DNA of 64,000 nucleotides from a virus: the IMG/VR virus record IMGVR_UViG_3300021420_000001, positions 1 through 64,000 of that record; one strand, written 5' to 3'. Positions 1-10,025 of the stretch are shown here, piece after piece. Under the pieces are notes generated by a model, which did no database searches, was not told the origin of the DNA, and worked only from the letters and a program-made list of their open reading frames with translations. Position 1 is the first letter of the stretch; the number at the start of each line of letters is the position of its first letter. The position numbers and the translations under genes are program-made.

Positions 1-73
1 CTCGATCCCGAAGCCCATGACATGGTCGAAACTTTCCAGAATTACTTCTCCTAAAGTCACGTATGTCCTAGTT

Positions 74-547
74 ATGCCTTTCCCTACCCGTGACGATATC
101 ATCTACCAATCCACCAAGACCTACGTCCATGCGCAGGGCCTTTCCTGCGCATTCCGACAATGGCGGGCTGATTCACACTGTAGCTTCATCCACGGCTACT
201 CGCTTGAGGTCAAACTCACCTTCTCTGCTGGTATCTTAGACGAGCGGAACTGGGTCGTCGACTTCGGGGGACTCAAGCCTCTCAAAGGGTGGTTGGAAGA
301 AACCTTCGACCACACAACGCTCGTTGCAATTGATGATCCTGATCTTAAATGGTTCAATTCCTTACAAAGGGAACGGATAATTCAATTACGTATTGTCCCA
401 TCGACGGGATGTGAATCTTTTGCACGTATGATATTTGAGTACGCGGAGCAGTGGTTGATCGATGCCGGGTTCTCTCCGCGTTGTCAACTCGAGTCGGTCG
501 AAGTCCGGGAGCATCCAACCAATTCGGCAATCTGTAGGAGAAAGTGA
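74..547 (+). CDS. queD: 6-carboxy-5,6,7,8-tetrahydropterin synthase (QueD/PTPS family)
   Basis: SHCSFIHGY (CxxxHGY), WVVDFGGLK, FDHT and EVREH motifs; adjacent to queC. The ORF track starts at 17; ATG 74 is preferred because an upstream frame stops at 54. Confidence 0.9.
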   Translation: MPFPTRDDIIYQSTKTYVHAQGLSCAFRQWRADSHCSFIHGYSLEVKLTFSAGILDERNWVVDFGGLKPLKGWLEETFDHTTLVAIDDPDLKWFNSLQRERIIQLRIVPSTGCESFARMIFEYAEQWLIDAGFSPRCQLESVEVREHPTNSAICRRK

Positions 548-1260
548 TGAAGAACGCCAAAGCTTTTGTTTTGCTTTCCGGAGGCGTAGACAGCACAACC
601 TGTCTTTATCTGGCTCGGCAGCAATTCGATGGGAATGTTGAGGGAATTAGTATCCATTATGGACAACGCCACGCCAAGGAAATTGAATACGCCAAAAAAT
701 CCTGTCGGCGGCTTACCATCAAACACACAACCCTCGACATTTCCGGCGTCATTCCCAAAACCATGCTAACCGACAAGACTGCCGAGGTTCCGAACATTTC
801 TTACGCCGAGATCAAAGGGGTCTCACCAACGTACGTTCCGTTCAGGAATGGGTTGCTGTTATCCGCGATTACATCCCATGTTGCCGGTCGATATCAAGCC
901 GAAGTTGATCCTGATACGGGGAAGCCTGAGTGGGGTATCTATTTCGGCGCCCACGCAGAAGACGCTCAAAATTGGGCATACCCGGACTGCGCTCCTGAGT
1001 GGATTGGTGCGATGGCAAATGCCATTTTCATCGGGACGTACCAGACCATCCGCCTGCATACACCCCTCGAGTGGCTCAAAAAAGAAGAGATTGTTTACCT
1101 AGGCCAAAGCTTGGGTGTGGACTGGTCCCTTACGTGGTCATGTTATAAAGGGGAGGAGCTTCACTGTGGAAGTTGCCCCACCTGCCGCGCTCGACGTGAT
1201 GGCTTCCGAAAAGCCATGGTAACCGACCCGACCAAATACGCTAAAGCTATCGCCGCTTGA
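544..1260 (+). CDS. queC: 7-cyano-7-deazaguanine (preQ0) synthase
   Basis: LLSGGVDS PP-loop, YGQRH, TYVPFRNG, YPDC, and TWSCY...HCGSCPTC zinc site. Confidence 0.95.
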   Translation: MMKNAKAFVLLSGGVDSTTCLYLARQQFDGNVEGISIHYGQRHAKEIEYAKKSCRRLTIKHTTLDISGVIPKTMLTDKTAEVPNISYAEIKGVSPTYVPFRNGLLLSAITSHVAGRYQAEVDPDTGKPEWGIYFGAHAEDAQNWAYPDCAPEWIGAMANAIFIGTYQTIRLHTPLEWLKKEEIVYLGQSLGVDWSLTWSCYKGEELHCGSCPTCRARRDGFRKAMVTDPTKYAKAIAA

Positions 1261-1299
1261 TTATCAACGAGAGGACCCCCACAAGGGGAGGAGAGAAGT

Positions 1300-1992
1300 A
1301 TGTCAAAGTCTGATACAGCAGAAGCCGAAACGACTATCGAAGAGATACTTTCCGCTGCGACCGAGATTACGCAGGAGAAGGGTGAAGATCGTCAAGCCTA
1401 TCTGACCCGGCTCCATGACGCCGCGACCGAGCTCGACGAAAGCGGTTGGGATGATCTCGGCGAACCCGCCCAACTCTGGGTCAATAAGGCGACCAAGGCC
1501 GAACAGGCCAACAAGGAGATTCCTGAATTCCCCGACGTCGAGCCTACCGACGACGACGAGGAGGAAGAAGTTGAAGAGGAAGCCGCCGAGGAAGAGGCCG
1601 ATACTGAAAGTGATTCCGAAGAAAGCAACGAGGAGGACGATGTGACCGATACTGATACCGAGACCGAGAAGCCCCCGAAGAAGAAGCCTGCGCCCAAGGC
1701 GGCCAAGCCCGCCGCCAAGAAGGCCGCTGCACCCAAGGCTGCGGCCAAAGAGAAACCCGCCAAGAAGGCCGTCAAGGCCGATGGCGGTTCCAAGGCGACC
1801 AGCGCCCGCCGCCTGCTCAAGCAGTTCGTCGTCAAGAAGCCTTCGATCACGGTCGACGATCTGATGGAACGCGCCAAGAAGGCGGGCCACAAGCTCTCTG
1901 ATATCTATATTTCTTCCCTTCGTTCGGACACGCGTGACACTCTCAAGGTGGCGAAAGAGTGTGGTGTCGTTCTGGAAGATTTGGATCTCTAA
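1300..1992 (+). CDS. hypothetical protein with acidic tract, Lys/Ala/Pro histone-H1-like tract and small C-terminal helical domain
   Basis: Strong SD (GGAGGAG); stop overlaps the folE start (TAATG); blocky charge composition. Confidence 0.75.
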   Translation: MSKSDTAEAETTIEEILSAATEITQEKGEDRQAYLTRLHDAATELDESGWDDLGEPAQLWVNKATKAEQANKEIPEFPDVEPTDDDEEEEVEEEAAEEEADTESDSEESNEEDDVTDTDTETEKPPKKKPAPKAAKPAAKKAAAPKAAAKEKPAKKAVKADGGSKATSARRLLKQFVVKKPSITVDDLMERAKKAGHKLSDIYISSLRSDTRDTLKVAKECGVVLEDLDL

Positions 1993-2591
1993 TGGGTGGG
2001 AGAATTCTCCCCTTCGTTTCCGACGAAGAACTGATCCAGGAACTTCTCCACCGACTCGGTGAAGATGTCGACCGCGAAGGTCTGCGAGAGACGCCGAAAC
2101 GCGTCATCGCAGCCTGGCGGTTCTGGACGTCGGGAAATAGCATGGACCCGGCCTCTGTCCTTAAGTGTTTTGAGGATGGTTCCGAAGGTTATGATGAGCT
2201 CGTATTTCAAGCGGGATTGCCTCTGCACTCCGTTTGTGAGCATCACATGGCGCCAATATCTGGTATGTGCCATGTGGCCTACGTTCCTAATGGCCGTATT
2301 GTTGGTCTCTCGAAACTGAGTCGGCTCGTCGATATTTTTGCACGTCGATTGACAGTGCAAGAGCGTATGTGTAATCAGATTGCAGACGCCCTCATGGAAC
2401 ATCTTACACCCAAAGGGGTCGGTGTTGTTATCCAGGCTCGACACCAATGCATGGAAAGTAGGGGTATCCAGAAAGTCGGGACTGTAACCGTAACTTCAGC
2501 GTTACGCGGCTGCGTCAAGAATGAGCCTGAGTGCCGCGCTGAATTTATGTCCCTCGTAACCACAAGTATGCAAGGTGTTCGGACGTTATGA
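1992..2591 (+). CDS. folE: GTP cyclohydrolase I
   Basis: REGLRETPKR, SVCEHHMAP, GLSKLSR, VQER and HQCMESRG motifs. Confidence 0.95.
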   Translation: MGGRILPFVSDEELIQELLHRLGEDVDREGLRETPKRVIAAWRFWTSGNSMDPASVLKCFEDGSEGYDELVFQAGLPLHSVCEHHMAPISGMCHVAYVPNGRIVGLSKLSRLVDIFARRLTVQERMCNQIADALMEHLTPKGVGVVIQARHQCMESRGIQKVGTVTVTSALRGCVKNEPECRAEFMSLVTTSMQGVRTL

Positions 2592-3712
2592 TCATCGCCG
2601 ATCCCATGCCAACCTCGTTAATGTGCGACAGCGGCGCTTTTTCGGCGTGGAGGCAAAACAATCCTATCGACCTGAAGGAATATATCAAATACATCAAGCG
2701 TAATGAAAAGTTCCTGACCAGCTACGTTGCGCTTGATACAATTCCAGGCAAATCGGGTAAGATCGACAAGTCGGCCGAAGCCCTCGAGTTCTCGGCACGA
2801 GAATCCTTCAAGAACCTCCAGATCATGCGGGACAAGGGTCTGTCCCCCATCCCTGTCTTCCACCAAGGGGAGCAATTCAAATGGCTGGAGAAGCTCCTGG
2901 ACGCGGGAGAACCCTATATCGGCATCTCGCCCTACCTGCGGGCCCATCGCAATGATATCCGGCGCTGGCTGGACGATTGCTTCTCGCTTGTGACAGATTC
3001 AAAAGGCAGGCCCCTGGTCAAGACACATGGGTTCGGTGTGACATCAACCCTGCTCTGTACTCAATTCCCGTGGTTTTCTACAGATTCTACTTCATGGGCT
3101 ACTGCTGCCGGTTACGGTAATTTTGACGTGCCTTCTTACAGCAATGGAAAATTTGACTACACGACCCAACCCATCAACTTCCACATTACCAACCGGGACG
3201 AACTCGGACTTGGGGGACCAAAATCCTTTGACGCCCTACAGGAACAAGAGCGTGAAGCTGTCCTCCGTTTCTTTGATCTAGTCGGCGTCACTGTCACCGA
3301 GGTCCGCAACAGCCCGACCCACCGTTGGCATGTACGTATTCGTTACTACCAAGAGTTGGAAAAGCATTGCACCTGCTGGACGTTCCAACGTCGGAGTAAT
3401 AAATTTCTGCTCAACACGCTTTCCCAGCGTCAATCCGAATTGAAGCCTTGGAAGACCATGACGTTGATCTTTTCATCGACAGCGCGTTCGATGCAACATC
3501 AACGCATCCTCAATCTGTTCAAGGTCAAGAATAGGCTTTTGTCGTATTACCAGCTCAAAGATTTACCTGATGAGACCGTCGAATACTATTCCAAGACCGG
3601 TCTGTTGCATAAGGACGAAGGACGTCCCGACCGCTCCAACTGGTCAGAAACTTACGCCATACGTCGGCGTCTTGCGCTTGCCAATCGTTATCCCGATACG
3701 AAAGCATCCTAA
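2588..3712 (+). CDS. DpdA/TGT-fold 7-deazaguanine transglycosylase-like protein
   Basis: DSGAFS, LDTIPG, PVFHQGE, HGFG and DSTSW motifs of the TGT-like barrel; coupled to folE inside the que cluster. Confidence 0.75.
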   Translation: MIIADPMPTSLMCDSGAFSAWRQNNPIDLKEYIKYIKRNEKFLTSYVALDTIPGKSGKIDKSAEALEFSARESFKNLQIMRDKGLSPIPVFHQGEQFKWLEKLLDAGEPYIGISPYLRAHRNDIRRWLDDCFSLVTDSKGRPLVKTHGFGVTSTLLCTQFPWFSTDSTSWATAAGYGNFDVPSYSNGKFDYTTQPINFHITNRDELGLGGPKSFDALQEQEREAVLRFFDLVGVTVTEVRNSPTHRWHVRIRYYQELEKHCTCWTFQRRSNKFLLNTLSQRQSELKPWKTMTLIFSSTARSMQHQRILNLFKVKNRLLSYYQLKDLPDETVEYYSKTGLLHKDEGRPDRSNWSETYAIRRRLALANRYPDTKAS

Positions 3713-3830
3713 ATGCGCCACTCGGAAATTGATAAGCGCGCCAAGCGCTACGCGCCAAAGCAATGTCTGTCTGATTACGGACATAATGTACATAAAGACG
3801 CCCCGACTAAAGAGGAAAAGGAAGCCAAGC

Positions 3831-4874
3831 GTGAAAAGGACCGACTTGCTATCGCGACTAGGCGTGGTCGCACCCGCCCTCGCGGATAATTCACTCATCC
3901 CCGCACTACAACACTTCTGGTTCCTGGGTGACCAGATCATGGCATTCAATGATCGCATTGCGATCAGTACGCCCCTGAAGACTGAATTCAAGGGCGCTGT
4001 TCCAGGCAAGACCCTGATCGATCTCCTCAAGGCCAGTCAGGCCAAGGAGGTCGAACTCATTGCCGAGAACAACAACCTCCTGATCAAGGCGGCTTCCTCC
4101 AAGTTCCGGTTGGGCATCCTGCCTACGGACTCGTTCCTATTCGAAATGCCGGAACTGGCGAAAGACCATCAGACCTTCCCGGAAGATTTCTACGCCGCAA
4201 TCGACAGTTGTATGCGATCGGTCAGTGCCGATACTTCCATTCCCGATCAATTGGGTATTACGCTGATCCCGGAAGATACAACCCTTCATCTTTTCTCGAC
4301 CAACAATTCGACGATCTCGACCGCCAAGATCAAACTCAAGGCGGCACCCAAATTCAAGCGCGTCATCCTGTCCGAACCTTTCTGTAAGCAGCTACTGAAT
4401 CTGAACGAGAAAGGCGGCCGACTCGAGATCAACTCCGAGTACGCTTTATTTGTCCAGGGAGAGACGTCGCTGTTCGGACGTCTGATCGAGAGCGGTAATC
4501 CCCTTGACTTCCTGGACATCTTCAAGCACCACACGCCGCCCGACTACAAGAAGCGGTTGATTGCCATTCCCACCAAGCTCCAACTCATTCTGGAACGCGC
4601 AATCATCATTACGGATACGACGGCGGCCGATCGCAAACCTACCTTGATCTCGGTCAAGGAACGGGGCCGTATGTCTTTTGGATCGAAATCAGACCGAGGG
4701 GAAGTTTTCGATTTTATGGGCATTGAGGAACAACACCCCGAGGTTCAGGTCCGCATCGAACCCAAGCTGATCAAGCTTGGTTATGGCGCCTTTGACAAAA
4801 TGCTAGTGACCAAGTCGGGTCTGATGATGGTCAAAGACAACAAAATATATCTCGTAGGGACGACAGGGGCATAG
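3831..4874 (+). CDS. DNA polymerase III beta-like sliding clamp
   Basis: ~347 aa; DnaN-like N-terminus (LIPALQHFWF...AFNDRIAI...GAVPGKTLIDLLK); near pol and clamp loader; GTG 3831 preferred as start. Confidence 0.7.
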   Translation: MKRTDLLSRLGVVAPALADNSLIPALQHFWFLGDQIMAFNDRIAISTPLKTEFKGAVPGKTLIDLLKASQAKEVELIAENNNLLIKAASSKFRLGILPTDSFLFEMPELAKDHQTFPEDFYAAIDSCMRSVSADTSIPDQLGITLIPEDTTLHLFSTNNSTISTAKIKLKAAPKFKRVILSEPFCKQLLNLNEKGGRLEINSEYALFVQGETSLFGRLIESGNPLDFLDIFKHHTPPDYKKRLIAIPTKLQLILERAIIITDTTAADRKPTLISVKERGRMSFGSKSDRGEVFDFMGIEEQHPEVQVRIEPKLIKLGYGAFDKMLVTKSGLMMVKDNKIYLVGTTGA

Positions 4875-4876
4875 CC

Positions 4877-5155
4877 ATGCACACGCCTGGACCATGGACG
4901 ACAAGCGTTGCGCACCTTTCGGACGGCAGCATCAACTACATGCACGTCCTTGGCCCGCAAGGGCAGGGACTTGCACAAGTCGGTGTCTTTCCATCGGAGG
5001 CGGAGACGCTCGCCAATCTGAATCTGTTCGCCGCCGCGCCTGATCTGCTGGTGGCGCTGAGGGAGATTGAGCTATTTCCTTACGTCGGAACGCAAGCCAG
5101 TACCCGTATTCAACAGATAGCCCGCGCCGCGATCTTCAAAGCTACTGGAGGATAA
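4877..5155 (+). CDS. phage hypothetical protein (HTPGPW...AAAPDLL type)
   Basis: Recurrent phage small-protein motifs HTPGPW and ANLNLFAAAPDLL. Confidence 0.7.
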   Translation: MHTPGPWTTSVAHLSDGSINYMHVLGPQGQGLAQVGVFPSEAETLANLNLFAAAPDLLVALREIELFPYVGTQASTRIQQIARAAIFKATGG

Positions 5156-5158
5156 GGA

Positions 5159-7698
5159 GTGGGTTTTTTTATATACAAAACAAGACCACGAAACAGGGGC
5201 CAGTAGGCCCCTCAATTGAGTTCCTACACAAACATCAATGCCAAGTATGCCCTCTCCATAACCAACCCGGACTCAAACACCCTGACATGAAACCAACGGG
5301 GGCTAGTAAGCCCCTAATTTATTGTACAGGTGAGGCGCCGGGTGCTGACGAGGATTTGAAAGGCATTCAATTTGTCGGAAAGGCGGGCCGCGTTTTACGC
5401 TTCCGAATTCCCGAAAGGTTCAATTCCTTAATTCGTTGGAACAATGTTGTACGCACAAGGCCGCCAGGTAACCGTAATCCCACTGAAGTTGAATTGGAAG
5501 CCTGCCGTCCAAGCGTAGTACGTGATATCGAAGAAACCCAACCTCGCGCCATATTCGGTTTCGGGAATTTTCCTCTGCTCTGGGCCCTGAACCAAACCGG
5601 TATCACGCGATGGACCGGACGCAAAATACCCATCCAAGTCGGTGATCATAGCGCTTGGTTCTTCCCTTTCCTGCATCCATCTTATGTTCTACGGTCTCGT
5701 AAATTCCAACCCTCTGATACAACCCAATACGGATCAGACGAAGAATTTGTCTTTGCCTGTGATCTAGCGCGAGCCTTTGATCAAGTCGAGAACCTCCCCG
5801 AACCCGTCGTTCACTCGCGTGATGATGCCTACGCAGATGTAGAATGGGTCACAGGCCATAATGGTTCCGAAGACATCAATCAGATTAGGCGAACTCTGGA
5901 ACAGGCCAACGAATGTAAGATTGTCGGATTGGACTACGAGACCCCTTGTCTCAGACCCTACGCCGAAAATGCCAAGATATTGACGACCGCGGTTTCAACC
6001 AAGTTTGGGACGCTCGCCTTCCCACTTGATCACCCTAAAGCAGGATGGTCAGACAAGGAACGGAGCGTCGTCCATGAGTTATTCCAGACCTTTCTCTATC
6101 AATGCCCGGCCCGCAAACTCGTGCACGGCCTTGCCTTCGAGATGGAATGGTCCGCCTTCTTTTACGGGTCGGAAGTCCTACGAGCCGGCCTCTGGGGTGA
6201 CAGTCAATCCCAGGCTTATTTTCTCGACACCCGTCCCGGATGTCATAGTCTCGACTTCATTACACTCCAACACTTTGGACTTCACCTCAAAGAGTTAAGC
6301 AACATCGATCGGACCAAGACCGAGCAATATCCGCTCGAAGAAATTCTTCCCTACAACGGATTGGATAGTAAATATCATAGACTGAACTATATCGAGCAGG
6401 CCAAACGTATCCGAGATGAGGGACTATCGGAAGTCTACGAACATCAATTACGGCGCATCCCGACGCTTGTCCTGACGCAGCTCAAAGGCGTCCCTGTCGA
6501 CCAGAACGCCGTCGAAGGCTTTTTCAAGAAGTATACGAAAAAGCTTGGCACCATCGAAGAAAAAATCTTTGCCCTCAAATGCGTCGCCACATTCAAGAAA
6601 CAAAAAGGAAAGGCGTTCCGTCCCGGTTCCAATCCTGACGTCCTGCATATGATCACCCGTATTCTTGGGCATAAGGCCAAAAATGTCGATGAAGAAGCCC
6701 TCTCGAAGATTGATCATCCCTTCTGTAAGTTGATCCTGGATTTCCGCACCACGGCCAAGATGATCTCGACGTATATCAAGCCTTACCAGGTCGGATCGCC
6801 TGATCTATGGCCTGATGGTCTGATTCATCCAATCATTAGCACGACAAAAGTAAGGACATGGCGCACCGCAAGCCAAGCCCCAAATGCGCAAAACCAGCCT
6901 AAACATGGCAAAGAGAAGGAGCTTCGTGCACAGGTCTCGGGAGGCAGCGATATCAAGGTCGTATCATTTGATTTTGCCGGTATCCAGGCCCGAAACGTTG
7001 CCATGGAATCCAAGGACAAGGCCTTGGTCAAAGCCTTTTGGAACCGGTATGATATTCACAAGGATTGGGCAGAGCGCCTGATCCGTATCTACCCACAATG
7101 GGTAACTGAGGGTGTAAAGGCACTCAAGGACAAAGACATATTCAAGGCTTACCGACAACGCGCCAAGAACGAATTTGTCTTTGCCTCATTCTTTGGGGCA
7201 CAACCCCCGAAACTATCGCGAGCATTACGCGTACCGGAACCTATCGCGTTGAAACTCTCGAAGCAGTTCTGGGATGAGTTTCCTGATATCAAGGGCTGGC
7301 ATGAATTTCAACGCGATTTCTACTACGAGAATGGATACATAACTGGGTTATCGGGGTTCCGTCGTTATGCTCCCGTATCGCCAACCGAAATGATAAATAG
7401 TCCTATACAAGCGGATGAATCAATTATTGTCCTTGACGCAATGGAACGTCTGTCTGAATTAGAGGACGATAGGTTCCAAGCCAACTTGGAAGTGCATGAC
7501 GATTTGACGTTTCTGTGGCCCAAAAAAGAGATCGAACGTAATTCAGAGGTAGTCCTCCGCGAAATGCTCCGGGTCACCTTCGATTGGGTAATAGTTCCCC
7601 TTGAGGTGGAAATGTCTGTAGGAGATAACTGGAGTGATATGCACGAAATCGGTAAGTTTGAATCAATCAAATCAGGCGGGTTCCGGGAGATCAAATAA
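5159..7698 (+). CDS. family A DNA polymerase with N-terminal family-4 uracil-DNA glycosylase-like domain (SPO1 type); 5' end frame-shifted
   Basis: UDG motifs CQVC, GEAPG, FVGKAG, RPPGNRNP, HPSY; Exo I DYET; Exo III YNGLD; pol motifs A (DFAGIQ), B (RAKNEFVF) and C (VHDD). First in-frame ATG is 5287; see finding for GTG 5159. Confidence 0.9.
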
Positions 7699-7967
7699 TG
7701 GAACAGTATCTGCGATTGTTTCGCGAACAGGGTTGGCGTGTTGCTATTCACAACGACTACATGCAAACTGTCCGAGATAGCGAAGAGAATCATCGTGGGG
7801 GTGTAGTCCTTATGACCTTTTGGTTATTCACACATTCTATTCGATTTATCTACGCCAAAGGGGAAGGGAAAACCGACATAATAGCCCTGCAAGAATGTCT
7901 AAAAAATGCAATGACAGTTGATAGTAAATTGAAAAAAGCGGCTCAGTTACTAGGACTCATTAAATGA
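7698..7967 (+). CDS. hypothetical protein
   Basis: Overlapping stop/start coupling on both sides. Confidence 0.65.
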   Translation: MEQYLRLFREQGWRVAIHNDYMQTVRDSEENHRGGVVLMTFWLFTHSIRFIYAKGEGKTDIIALQECLKNAMTVDSKLKKAAQLLGLIK

Positions 7968-8317
7968 TAGTCCTTGTCTGCGGAGGGCGGGATTTTACGG
8001 ATTACAATTGGCTTGCCAATACGCTTGAAGCCGCAATTGTCTATGGTAAGATGGATATCACTCAAATCATCCATGGAAATGCCCGTGGTGCTGATCGTCT
8101 AGCGGATCGTTGGGCCAGCAAAATGGGTATCCCCTGTCGACGTTTCGACGCTGACTGGAAAACACATAGACGGAAAGCCGGACCTATCCGCAACCAGCAG
8201 ATGATTGACGAGGGTAAACCCGATCTCGTCATTGCCTTTCCAGGTCCACCTGGAACAGCCGATATGACCGCCCGCGCAAAACGTCATGGCATTCCCGTTA
8301 CAGAGGTTGTAGATTAA
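7964..8317 (+). CDS. YspA/SLOG family protein (DUF2493-like)
   Basis: VLVCGGRDF, IHGNARGAD, AGPIRNQQM and AFPG..GTADM motifs. Confidence 0.85.
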   Translation: MIVLVCGGRDFTDYNWLANTLEAAIVYGKMDITQIIHGNARGADRLADRWASKMGIPCRRFDADWKTHRRKAGPIRNQQMIDEGKPDLVIAFPGPPGTADMTARAKRHGIPVTEVVD

Positions 8318-9253
8318 ATGACAGAGGCTTTGCACACCCTGTATCGCCCGCAAACATTCGATCAAGTCGTCGGACAGACTGCGGTTATTACTTCTCTCAA
8401 AAATGTGATCAAACGAAGAGGCGCACAGGCTTACTTATTCTGCGGACCAGCAGGTACGGGCAAAACTACGCTAGCGCGGATCGTTGCATCAGAACTCGGC
8501 TGCGCACAAAATTCCATCATGGAGATCGATGCCGCTACATTCACTGGCATCGATGCAATGCGTCAGGTACAGGAGACGGTCCAGTACAAACCTTTTGGCA
8601 AGTCTGAGCACCGCGCTGTTCTAATCGACGAAATCCACAGGCTTAGCCGAAACGCATTTGACAGCTTGCTCAAGATAGTCGAGGAACCTCCTGCTCATGT
8701 AACATGGCTGTTTGCTACCACAGAAGTCAACAAAGTTCCAAAAACCATCCAGACCCGGTGCGCCGCCTTTACTCTCAAACCCGTTAACGACAAAGACCTG
8801 TTGGGTCTGATCGAAGAGGTCTCGGTCAGCGAGAAGATCAAGCTCAGTGATGGGATGGCGGATATTATCGTCCGCGAATCTGGGGGTTCGCCGCGCCAGG
8901 CGCTTGTCAATCTGGCACTCTGCCGTGATCTGAAGACCCGGCAGGAGGCAGCGCAGGTTCTACGTTCGGCCCTCTCATCCGACCCCGTCCACGAACTCTG
9001 TCAGTATGTATGTAATGGCGGTAGCTGGCAAAAGGCGATGGCAATCATAGCTAAGCTCGAAGATGAAAATCCTGAAGGTGTTCGCTTGGTGATTGTCAAT
9101 TATGTGGGCAAGGCTTTGCAAAGTGCGAAATCGGATGACGCCGCCTGTCGGTTCCTGAGTATACTCGAGGCCTTCTCAGCACCGTATAACAACTCGGAGA
9201 ACCTTTCTCCGTTGCTCTTGTCCTTGGGTCGCGTTCTGTTTGCACAATCGTAA
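8318..9253 (+). CDS. DnaX (gamma/tau)-like clamp loader AAA+ ATPase
   Basis: LYRPQTFDQVVGQ, GPAGTGKTT Walker A, EIDAA, IDEIH Walker B, LLKIVEEPP, TIQTRC. Confidence 0.9.
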   Translation: MTEALHTLYRPQTFDQVVGQTAVITSLKNVIKRRGAQAYLFCGPAGTGKTTLARIVASELGCAQNSIMEIDAATFTGIDAMRQVQETVQYKPFGKSEHRAVLIDEIHRLSRNAFDSLLKIVEEPPAHVTWLFATTEVNKVPKTIQTRCAAFTLKPVNDKDLLGLIEEVSVSEKIKLSDGMADIIVRESGGSPRQALVNLALCRDLKTRQEAAQVLRSALSSDPVHELCQYVCNGGSWQKAMAIIAKLEDENPEGVRLVIVNYVGKALQSAKSDDAACRFLSILEAFSAPYNNSENLSPLLLSLGRVLFAQS

Positions 9254-9480
9254 TGGCAATTTTCCAGCTTACGGAACTCATTCAAATGAAGACCCCACTT
9301 GGGGATGGGTGGGCAATCGTACTCGAAACGACAGCGCATGACTACTTTTGGACCATAGCATTAGAGAGTGGTGCACTTGTTACCTTCACGCAGGATCGTA
9401 TTCGCATAGCCGAAAGTTATACGCTTCATCGCGGACTCAATGATGCCCGAATGCGGGACATCATCAAACCCAAGGTATGA
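9253..9480 (+). CDS. hypothetical protein
   Basis: Translationally coupled ORF in operon. Confidence 0.6.
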   Translation: MAIFQLTELIQMKTPLGDGWAIVLETTAHDYFWTIALESGALVTFTQDRIRIAESYTLHRGLNDARMRDIIKPKV

Positions 9481-9486
9481 TTGAAC

Positions 9487-10020
9487 ATGGCCCAGAAAAT
9501 TAAACGCGTAGTACCGCAAGCGAATGCTGACGAGCCTCCTTTCCAAGAGTTGGAGGCCGGTTTGATTATCGATGAGCATGCGCTCGATGAAGCATTGCTG
9601 ACTCAAGCGGACTCCTTCTACAGAGTAGCCCAGCGATTGGCTACGCTCATTTCAGAACGGGATGGCGCCAAGCAACATTTGGAAGAAGTCGAGGCCCGCG
9701 TCGATGCCAAGGTCCGGCACGATGCCGAGGTTGCTGGTGAGAAGATTACCGAGCGTGAAGTCGCCAGTCAGAAAAGCCTTCATCATGACGTCCAGAAAGC
9801 AAACAAGGATTTGCTCGATCTGAGTTACGAAGTCGGGCTTGCGTCGGCGTTGAAGGAGGCCTTCCAACAACGCAGCTACGCGCTTGGAAAACTCACTGAT
9901 TTGTATATCGCAGGATATTTTGGGAGCGATGTTCGTAGTTCGGGGGCAACTCAAATGAAAAACAGTACCGGGGCTCAGGCTAAACAAGCACTTGATCACG
10001 CCCGTCGGAGTCAAACCTGA
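9487..10020 (+). CDS. UvsY-like recombination mediator
   Basis: All-helical coiled coil (IDEHALDEAL...KITERE...AFQQRSYAL) upstream of SSB and RecA, as in T4-like modules. Confidence 0.6.
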   Translation: MAQKIKRVVPQANADEPPFQELEAGLIIDEHALDEALLTQADSFYRVAQRLATLISERDGAKQHLEEVEARVDAKVRHDAEVAGEKITEREVASQKSLHHDVQKANKDLLDLSYEVGLASALKEAFQQRSYALGKLTDLYIAGYFGSDVRSSGATQMKNSTGAQAKQALDHARRSQT

Positions 10021-10025
10021 GAGCA

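Noticed and set aside
74-2591. Queuosine tRNA or folate auxiliary pathway
   Set aside because: No queF, queA or queG in the window; linkage to a DpdA-like gene and replication genes favours DNA modification.
3570-3830. N-terminal extension of the clamp ORF
   Set aside because: It overlaps the DpdA-like gene by 143 nt and clamp similarity begins at GTG 3831.
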